The notes below the pieces were generated by a model. It was not told where the DNA came from, did not search any database, and saw nothing but the letters and a program-made list of their open reading frames with translations. The position numbers were made by a program, and so were the translations under genes. From Eukaryota sp. TZLM1-RC (Eukaryota; Protista; Metamonada: BaSk clade), in contig JAUPSS010000012.1 of NCBI GenBank assembly GCA_040285825.1, positions 62,001 through 126,000 of the forward strand: a DNA stretch of 64,000 nucleotides, written 5' to 3'. Shown here in pieces: positions 55,646-64,000 of this stretch. Numbering within the stretch: position 1 is the first letter of the stretch; the number at the start of each line of letters is the position of its first letter.

Positions 55646-57274
55646 ATGGACTTGGATCCTTTTCTTAGATGGGCAGCCACTCTTGATGAGCCTTGTCCCC
55701 CTTCCACGTCCAACGAGGTCATTCTCCAGTTTATTGGTGAATATCTGGATCATCATGGCTTTCATGATGTTAAACTGCTACTGGAACGCAGGGCTAACTG
55801 TACCTTTGCTGATCACACCTCCGCTAGGCTTCAACTTCTCCTAACTGGTGCTCTTCACACATCTGCTATAATCAAAAACAAACCCAACTTGCTGACAAAC
55901 ACTTCTTTCCAAACAACATCCACAGAACTACTATCGGAATCTGAAGAATCCGATAGTAATGTTTTATTCTGTCTTCCTGGTCAAGATATCAACTCTGTAA
56001 TCCAATCCGCACGTCAACCTAACACGTCAACCAACCTCTCTACCTCCACTACATACGACATCTTTGACTGCACCCTCTCATCCTTTCTCATTGCCTCTAC
56101 CCTCCCAGCTCTTCTCCGTCGCGGAATATCAGATCTTGGCCTTCTTTACTCTGATCCCGAGTTCTCTTTCGCTTCCTCCAATTCCACAGTCTCCCTTCCA
56201 TTCACCATCATTCGAACTCTCCCTCCAAAGTACCATGAACTTTGTCTCCGCAATGTCCTTGGTGTCCGTGCGCTCGAAGACCCTTCAGCCACTTCCCTAC
56301 CCTCTCCTCTTCCCTCGTTTTCCTCACCTTGCTGTTGCAGCCCTCTATGGTGGCCTTCCTCAGCGTGTAGGTTCCTGTCAACATGGATCAAACTCCGTCC
56401 TCTTTCTTTTTCTTCTAAAATGATCCTTTACGTTACCAACTCCCTTTCTCAACGCCACTGCCCTCACCTCTCCTCTGCTCTCAATCAAATCTCGTTCTCC
56501 CCTCTACCTTCGTGGTTACGGGGCCTCACCTCACCTTGCCCTTTGCTCACTAATGAACTGACCAAACAAGAAGTCACTGCTAGATTTGGAAGTCTTTTTG
56601 ATGGTAATGTGGAGGTCTTGGGTCCTTGTATCAACGCTATTGATACTGTTTTGTTTTCAAAATTTGACTCTTCGTCACTGTTACCTTCTTGGGAAATTGA
56701 TTTTAATGTTGAAATGAGGTCTATCAAGTCTAGTTCCATGGCTTTTTGGTTTAATGTTCTCGGTAATTTTTCAAGTTGTTTAGTAAAGGTGGGGAAGTAT
56801 TATGAATTATTGGTAAATTTAGCGTATTATCTATACACAAGGGGTGATATTTTTGGTTCAATGGCTATATTCTCGCCTATTCCTGACCCCAGTCAATTAA
56901 AAAATCAATCAAAATCAATTGATTGCAACCCAGTCACAATTGATAATTACTCTCTTTTAAAGAATTTGTTCTCGAAGGAAGGAGGTTATGCAAGATTAAA
57001 GGCATTTGAAACAGACCAGTTGAGCAAAAGAGTAGCTTTTATACCATATGTAGGAATGTACTCGGCGTTGATTGTTTCTATCGATGAAATGAATACTAAT
57101 CTGATTAATGATTTGATTAATGTAGACAAATTGAGAATATTTGATTCAATTGTTTCCAAGATTGATTCTTTGAAGAGTAATATTTTAGTTTCAGATTCAG
57201 ATTTTGAACTAAGTAATAGAGAAAAAACTATAGCTTCTCAGTTGAGTTGCTTATATGTGGCGCTAAAGAAGTAA
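55646..57274 (+). CDS. LisH + divergent RasGEF (CDC25) domain protein
   Basis: VILQFIGEYLDHHGFHDVKLLLER (LisH); DIFGSMAIFS, FIPYVGMY...IDEMN...LINVDKLR. Confidence 0.78.
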   Translation: MDLDPFLRWAATLDEPCPPSTSNEVILQFIGEYLDHHGFHDVKLLLERRANCTFADHTSARLQLLLTGALHTSAIIKNKPNLLTNTSFQTTSTELLSESEESDSNVLFCLPGQDINSVIQSARQPNTSTNLSTSTTYDIFDCTLSSFLIASTLPALLRRGISDLGLLYSDPEFSFASSNSTVSLPFTIIRTLPPKYHELCLRNVLGVRALEDPSATSLPSPLPSFSSPCCCSPLWWPSSACRFLSTWIKLRPLSFSSKMILYVTNSLSQRHCPHLSSALNQISFSPLPSWLRGLTSPCPLLTNELTKQEVTARFGSLFDGNVEVLGPCINAIDTVLFSKFDSSSLLPSWEIDFNVEMRSIKSSSMAFWFNVLGNFSSCLVKVGKYYELLVNLAYYLYTRGDIFGSMAIFSPIPDPSQLKNQSKSIDCNPVTIDNYSLLKNLFSKEGGYARLKAFETDQLSKRVAFIPYVGMYSALIVSIDEMNTNLINDLINVDKLRIFDSIVSKIDSLKSNILVSDSDFELSNREKTIASQLSCLYVALKK

Positions 57275-57544
57275 TTTATTAAAAGTTATTAAACATCGTT
57301 TAATCTGTTCATTACACAATAACAAATTAAAAATTTAATAAAGTTTGATAGCTCAACACCTTTTTTTGATATAAAGGGTTGCAAAATAAATTTTTTTGAA
57401 TAACCAAGGACTCTTTTGAAAAGAGTAAACTATGAATTCTCATTTGAATTTCCATAAACAAAATCAATAAATTAGTGATACTTTAAGAATAAAACAAGAT
57501 TTGCTGAGCAAACTTTGTTTAAATTTGTCCCAATGGATCAGGCG

Positions 57545-58018
57545 TTAAAGTTCCTCCCCATCAGGACCTCTTATTATCCAAAAGTCAAAAGGTGATGAAG
57601 GTGGTCCTTCGTTTCTCTTCATGATGCGTTCTCGTCTTTCTCCAGACACCCCCCAAGCATCTAATGTTTTTTCGGTGGCAGATCTTTCATTAGATTGCTG
57701 GACCTCAACTGTTGGTTCGTCATCTGAAATGGTCACCACATCACTGACAGTGGGTTTAAGAGGATCATGAGAGGCAGACTGGGGCGAGATGAGGCCATGC
57801 TGTTGCAGTAAGGAATGGGCTTCAGTTATCCAAAGTGCATACTTTGCATTGCGATTGCGATAAATTTCTAATGAAGACTTTTGTTTATCATATTTGGACC
57901 GCAAGTGTGTTACTTCACTTTTGAGATTTTTGTTTTCAGCCTCTAAAGACTCTATACGTGTTTTGAAATGGGAGATAGCTGTATAAAGACCAGCAAGACA
58001 ATGATCTACATTATCCAT
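57545..58018 (-). CDS. Small coiled-coil protein, possible minimal CtIP/Sae2/Ctp1 homologue
   Basis: N-terminal coiled coil (RIESLEAENKNLKSE); C-terminal RRER...PPSSPFDFW similar to RHR...P.TP.GFW. Confidence 0.55.
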   Translation of the reverse strand: MDNVDHCLAGLYTAISHFKTRIESLEAENKNLKSEVTHLRSKYDKQKSSLEIYRNRNAKYALWITEAHSLLQQHGLISPQSASHDPLKPTVSDVVTISDDEPTVEVQQSNERSATEKTLDAWGVSGERRERIMKRNEGPPSSPFDFWIIRGPDGEEL

Positions 58019-58143
58019 TGCCTCAGATGTGTATAAAATAACAAGCCCAGTGTCAGTAACAACAGTGTTGAGAAAGTGCAGAACAAAAGGTGTTTGAATT
58101 CGAAATCCCCGTCAGAAAAACAATTCCTTCACCGCTTAACAGA

Positions 58144-58371
58144 ATGAAACGAGCTCTCTTCAGTATGAGCGTTATCCTCCTTATCCTTTCATTAGGTGGT
58201 TTCTTCCTAGCCTATGAAGTTGGCAAAGCTGAACTCGAAGATTCAGACCCTTTCTTCGATGTTATCAAGTCTTCTGTCAACAATTCTGTCTTTGTCGCTG
58301 CCTGCATGATGGCGACTGGTGGATTACTGGGAATAGGGAGTGCATTCAGTCAATCTAGCTATTGGGAATAG
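58144..58371 (+). CDS. Small two-TM protein or gene fragment
   Basis: 75 aa from ATG 58144 with two hydrophobic segments; no recognisable family. Confidence 0.4.
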   Translation: MKRALFSMSVILLILSLGGFFLAYEVGKAELEDSDPFFDVIKSSVNNSVFVAACMMATGGLLGIGSAFSQSSYWE

Positions 58372-58475
58372 TCACTGAGTTCTAACCTGTATAAATATAA
58401 GTTCTTTGTTCAATTGAGTAAATACAATCTAATACAGAAGATGAATTCTTTATATACAAATACACTAACAACAGT

Positions 58476-58937
58476 TTACACTGAACAATCTACTTCTCGG
58501 GCTGAAAGTATTAGGAACGAATCACCATTCTTAACCGTAACAATAGCATCGTGACAAAAACCATATTCAGCATACTGGTTAGCAAGCCGTTCCACTTCAG
58601 ATGAACAACCCTTTTTTATTTCAAACACTCGATAGATTCGACGTTCTAGAACATTAGGGTCTAGTTTTGCTAGTAATACATCAATTTTCTCTTCAAGTTT
58701 TGGAAGGCGATAAAACTGAGCTTCCGCCTTAATCTCCAGTAGAGATTGACATTCTGAAGGCAAGAAAACATCTCCATCTCGCACAAAGTTTAAAATGAGT
58801 TGAAAATGGGTGAAGTCCCTGTCAATGAAGATTAGTTCTTGGTTGGTGTCAATTGTTGAAAGGTAAGAACCTTCAACCTTCTTTAGAGTTTCTATAGAAG
58901 TAGTAAAGAGTTTACCTCCAACATTTAGGTCAAGCAT
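58476..58937 (-). CDS. KCTD-type BTB/POZ (T1) domain protein
   Basis: LNVGGKLFTTSIETL...FIDRD..HF..ILNFVRDG...EAQFYRL. Confidence 0.92.
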   Translation of the reverse strand: MLDLNVGGKLFTTSIETLKKVEGSYLSTIDTNQELIFIDRDFTHFQLILNFVRDGDVFLPSECQSLLEIKAEAQFYRLPKLEEKIDVLLAKLDPNVLERRIYRVFEIKKGCSSEVERLANQYAEYGFCHDAIVTVKNGDSFLILSAREVDCSV

Positions 58938-59119
58938 TATGTAAAGCTGAATCAGAAAACTTCATTTTTTGAATTTGTATCCAGAAACACATTAAAATTA
59001 TGATAGCAAGACACTTCTTTGTGTTGCAATTTTGACCTTATTAGATCTATTATGGTCTTGTTTTCAGCCTTTGGCAATATTATATAAAATATATATTTAT
59101 TCATTTATTCTACGAAGAA

Positions 59120-60360
59120 ACAATACAAAAGAAACCAAAACACATAAGAAATAAAATTCTCCACGCCAACTGTTGATGAATCCTTATACAACTTGGACAT
59201 CATTAAATTTAAGTATTTGGGAACACTTCTGCACAAAGCAAAAATGATACGATTCTTCCATAAATTCCTTGCAAAATTCTTACCACTTGAACGACATAAA
59301 ATATCAAAATCATTGAAAAAATTCAGACAGACTGTACAATGTTAACAAAAATCGAGAGGGCAAAAGGAACAAACGAAAACTTCGAATAAAGGTTCTAATT
59401 TAAATCATTTGATATCTCAGTATATTTGTCTCTTTTACGATCCTCAGCCTTGATTAAATGACCATTAGAACTAAGTAAAACGTCATCACGATAAATAAAA
59501 GCAAAGGGATCAACTGTAACAAAATCAACAACAACCTGACAAGGAATCCGCAAAAGGAGCAATTAAATCACCTCGAAGTGAATTAAACAGATAATTATCG
59601 CTACAATGCTTCAACAATGGTTCTACTTTGCAACTGAAATTTTAACACTTAAACATCTCATATGTCACATTACGAACGGCATTATGAAGAACTGACCTAT
59701 ATTGGAGAAATTTCTTACAGCTCACAATATGACGGAAATTGGCAGTAGGTTTTCCTTACAAATACAAACAGAATTATCCAAAAGACCAATTGGATACAGC
59801 CCTTATCTCAAACGCATGTTTTGTTTCCAAGCTTCATTTGTTAAGTGAAGACCAAATGGCCTTGGTTGCTGAGATATTAAACTAGTGCAATTCTGGATGT
59901 CTGATAAAAAGGCAGCAAAGACGGGATTATTTATCTTAGTCACACTAAGTCGTTTAGAGAAATCCAGGTCTTCAAAATCATTTAAAACAAACTTCTGTAA
60001 TTTCACAACAGCAAGATGAAGATTAGTCAAAGATCTCAAAGGTACAGAAGGCAAACTTGAAGGAAAACACCTATTCCACACATCAATAGGTAGTTCCTGC
60101 ATCATGTTTTCGAGCGAATTTAATAAAGGATGTGATTCATTCAAAGGAATATGTTCAAACCGAAGTTTCCACTCAAACAGAAAATTTTTCATACCACCAA
60201 TGAAAACACTTTTGCTCTGCTTTTGAAAAACCAACTCCAGCAAATTTAGGACCAAAAAATGCATGATAAAGAATTTTTGACGGACAAACTTCCACTAAAT
60301 CTCCTAAGAAATTGCTTTTCAGAGTATTAAATTGACGTGCAAAATCATCAGAAATTCTCT
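59120..60360 (-). mobile_element. CRE-like family B 3' fragment
   Basis: Near-identical peptide and DNA to 47255-48170 (INNPVFAAFLSDIQNCTSLISQQPRPFGLHLTNEAWKQ). Confidence 0.9.
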
Positions 60361-60461
60361 TAAAAAGTCTTAAAGATATTTTTAAATTGCACCAACTCTC
60401 ACCAAGATTCAGTCCACATCCTCACCCCATACACACTCTTTCTTGTCCTTTAATTCTTAAG

Positions 60462-61826
60462 ATGTCAGTTTCAGATGAGCAACTTCGCTTTTGCCAAGTT
60501 TTTGGTGATCGCGCCAAACTTGAAGACATAGTCGAGGGTTTGTCTCTCATCTCTTATGCTTTTCACAGCCGATATTATCTCAACAGTCCAATTCAACGGG
60601 GATGGAAATATGCTCGCAGTCGGTGACCGTGGTGGTCGTGTTGTCCTATTCAAACGAGTCCATGAATCCAAGGTATGATACCCTCACTACATTCACTCCA
60701 GTCTCGTCGTTCCACCCGCAATGTGGAATACAAATACTATGCCGAATTCCAATCTCATCTGGCTGAATTCGACTACCTCAGATCACTGGAAATCGATGAA
60801 CGTATCAACAAGATATGCTGGCTCCCTCCACATAACCAGTCCACTCTTCTTCTAACCACCAACGACAAGACAATGAAACTTTGGAAAGTGCAGGATAAGC
60901 CCTCCAAGAAGCCCGTCTATGATTCGTACATTGGCACTAGATCTACCCTCAGAGTGCCGCGCTTGGTGACTGAAGCTGTTTCCCCAAATGCCTCTTGCAA
61001 GCGAGTCTTTGCCAACGCCCATGCTTATTCTGTCAACTCCCTCTCCCTTAACACTGATGGAGAGACATTTATCTCAGCCGATGACTTGAGGATCCATTTG
61101 TGGAACCTGGGTGATAACTCTGAAGCCTTTTCTATAGTTGATATTAAGCCTGAAAATATGGAAGAATTATCTGAAGTCATTACTACCGCTTCTTGTTCCC
61201 CTGCTCATTGTAACCATTTTCTTTATGGTACGTCCAAGGGTGTGGTCAATTTGGTTGACATGAGGCAATCCGCCGTCTGTAATAACAAGGGGAAGAAGTT
61301 TTCTGTTCCCCCAAGGCCTTCTCATCCTAATAACTCTTACTTTAACGAGATTCTAAACAGTGTCTCTGATGTTAAATTCAGCAATAACGGTAGGTATATA
61401 CTATCTAGAGATTACCTAACCCTGAAGCTATGGGATGTGAATATGGAGAATAGACCTATCAAAACTCTTTCAGTTCATGAACAATTGAGGTCTCATTTAT
61501 GCGACGTTTACAAGAATGAATGTATCTTTGACAAATTCGAATGTCAATGGTCCGGTGATGATTCCAAGTTTATGTCTGGGTCTTATGGACATTTGTTCAA
61601 TATTTATGATGCTGAAACCAACAATGTCACTACAACAGAAGCAACAAGGTCTGTGAGTAAAAAACCCAAATATGTACGAAAGACTAGTAAAAGTAGATCA
61701 GTTGGTGATTCGAAATTCTCAGCTGAAGATTTTGCAAAGAAAATTCTTTCTTCCTCTTGGCACCCTAATGAAAATACTGTTGCTGTTGGTGCCACCACTA
61801 ATCTTTTCATTTACACGATGACGTAG
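60462..61826 (+). CDS. PPP2R2: PP2A regulatory subunit B55 (CDC55/PR55); exons 60462-60537, 60569-60672, 60702-61826
   Basis: [70 protein letters not shown] introns of 31 and 29 nt. Confidence 0.97.
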
Positions 61827-61989
61827 AAGGGGTAACTTTAGAGGGAGATCAAGTATTAGTTTTTGTTGTATGTATTATTTAGATTAAGAATATTTATTTC
61901 AAGAATGTTTTTGCAATATAAAAACGGTTAATTATTCAGAACATATCGTTTAAAAAACCACCAAACAAAAAAATAACTACAATGAAAAA

Positions 61990-62730
61990 CTAAACCATAA
62001 CTGAATCAATAAGACTCTTCCTCACCGAAGAAATGACATCTCCAGGATCAGAGCGACGTATTTTAAGCACACGTTCAATGACAGAAAGCTCAGGAGCAGT
62101 AGTGTCAAGACCAGTGAATGCTGACCAATCATTGGCGACAAGACCTGCACCAATGACATCAGAACCCATATTGACTGTACCTGCCATGAGGGGAACCTGT
62201 ATGAGTGTTGAGAGTTCATTGAGCTCTTGAACAGAGACCATTGGATGAACAATACCTCCTTGGTTTGTGAAAACACAATATGAACCAACGAGAGCTTGTC
62301 CTCCAACGGACTGTCTAAAGACTTCCACTCCGAGGACGTCTTGTATGATTTCTTCTGTCTCACGGTCAATATCGGCATGGACTAGGGCGACATGGTCGTT
62401 ACAAGCTATAATGTTACCTAGAGCGGAGAGACGCTCTTCAACACGTTGTACAACAATAGGGTCTGGCAAAGAGTTTCTGAGGTCCCGTAGTTCTTGGTCA
62501 GTGGTAGTGCTCGGCACAATAAGACCATTCTTATTACCAACAGTTAGTCTTCCAATAATTCTGGTGCCACCAATAGTAGTGTGAATGACAGGTATGTCGT
62601 CAGATAGTTCAGACTCAAAAACAGAGTAGAAGTTTTCGCAATCAGTGACACCGACAAGACAATACTTGTTAGTAAGTCTGGAGAAGACGCCTACTTCATT
62701 GCTATTTTCAAATTGAAGACGGGATGCCAT
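61990..62730 (-). CDS. EIF6: Eukaryotic translation initiation factor 6
   Basis: [23 protein letters not shown]...EERLSALGN...AGTVN.GS.VIGAG. Confidence 0.98.
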   Translation of the reverse strand: MASRLQFENSNEVGVFSRLTNKYCLVGVTDCENFYSVFESELSDDIPVIHTTIGGTRIIGRLTVGNKNGLIVPSTTTDQELRDLRNSLPDPIVVQRVEERLSALGNIIACNDHVALVHADIDRETEEIIQDVLGVEVFRQSVGGQALVGSYCVFTNQGGIVHPMVSVQELNELSTLIQVPLMAGTVNMGSDVIGAGLVANDWSAFTGLDTTAPELSVIERVLKIRRSDPGDVISSVRKSLIDSVMV

Positions 62731-62959
62731 TGTTGTATTGAGAGAAGTAAAAAAAATTGAGAAAATTTCTCTAGACATTACTCACAGATCAAATAACCCA
62801 TCATTTATCCAATTAATTCAGTGGTGACATTTGCATTGTTGTAAGGTGATTTCTGATCTTGCACAGTGGTCAATTTTGTAAAAGTAGAGCATGATCTTTG
62901 GTAGCAACAAATAAAATTTAATGGCTTCTACATAACTTTTTTTTGACCTGACACAATTT

Positions 62960-63720
62960 TATTCATTTAATAAGAAAAATGAAAACAAGAAATACACAAC
63001 TAAAACTCCACATCCTCAAAACCAACATCCCCTACATCAAAACAATTAATTGCCAAAGATTCAGAAAATTTCCCAAAAGAAGAGAGTGAATCAGAAATTA
63101 GTTTTACCTTTCCCTTAAAAATGGAACATACAACCCTGTTTTGCCAGTAAACACGATTGAAAATTCTTCCAGTTCTTTCCTTTACAAGTACAACAAAATC
63201 CTCAAGGAAAGCCTCAAGGAAAGATCCCAGCAAAGAAAAAACAAAGGGACATAAATTATATTGGGCATGAGAATTTTCATTAACTGAGGAAATGGGTTTC
63301 GCATATTTTGCAATTTTATATTTTTCGCCAGCAAAAAGAGGATTATTTACATCTGAGTTAATGAAATGTTAGTTAGAAGAATTACAAGGGTCAATAGACA
63401 TGGCGTCCAAAATAGTAAAACTACCATTCAAACCGGGAACAACTAGATCACCTCTTGTCAGACCCATAGAAGCTCTGTTGTAACGCGTACTATCAATATT
63501 GGGATAAAGCAGGATTTTGCTTAAAAGTTCTGGAACTAGGTGGCTATTGTTGTTTTTCCTTTTTCTTTTAATAAAAATTGATTAATATGAATATTCAAAA
63601 ATAATCTCATTTTTGTTATAAACGCTTCCTTATTAGCACACAGTCGAAATCTTCGTGGTACAATGGTTACAAACAGTGAAGAATCTGATGACTGATTTTC
63701 ACAAACACCCTTTTCCAATA
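62960..63720 (-). mobile_element. CRE-like fragments (RLE 3' end 62960-63500; separate piece 63536-63720)
   Basis: RGDLVVPGL...LDAMSIDPC, YNLCPFVFS, YWQNRVV, DVGFEDVEF*. Confidence 0.82.
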
Positions 63721-64000
63721 ATAATGAGTGGAGATCTTGATTTTAAACAGCCAGGCTATATATATATATATATTATAAAGATGATTTTCATACATTCCAG
63801 CCAATCGCTGCTGTAATGATCGAAGAGTGTATTTCAAATTTTAATAATTCTATTCAGGAATAATACCATTGAATGATTTGGGAAAGCATCAGTGGTGAAA
63901 CAAAAAATTTCCTTCTGACCCTTTGGTCCACTGTAATTACACAAGACAAATCGCAAATGATTAATGAAGAAATATCATCATTCTGGATTCAACCAAGATC

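Overview
AT-rich, gene-dense eukaryotic DNA from a flagellated microbial eukaryote. Evidence: ultra-short 26-37 nt spliceosomal introns, CFAP47, Ku80, eIF6, PP2A-B55, FEN1 and a eukaryotic tRNA-Pro. An anaerobic protist such as a free-living metamonad is my guess and cannot be shown from this window. About 20 host genes alternate with intergenic gaps filled by decayed CRE-clade (RT + restriction-like endonuclease) non-LTR retrotransposon pieces. Highlights: (1) three divergent Fanzor/TnpB-type RuvC remnants. Two are followed by long structured RNAs that share a 5' motif and a common fold. One of these RNAs is split by a TSD-flanked CRE insertion, and the element end truncates a flavin reductase gene. 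(2) A FAM241-like membrane protein ending GG-UGA-PR-stop with a well-formed SECIS hairpin, a candidate new selenoprotein. (3) An MLKL-like four-helix bundle + pseudokinase + tandemly amplified LRR protein. (4) A young gag-only LTR element. (5) A c-type lysozyme. (6) A non-canonical 26-nt intron. All calls are by eye, with no database searches. The supplied ORF track uses GTG/TTG starts and ignores introns, so I re-derived starts and exon structures.
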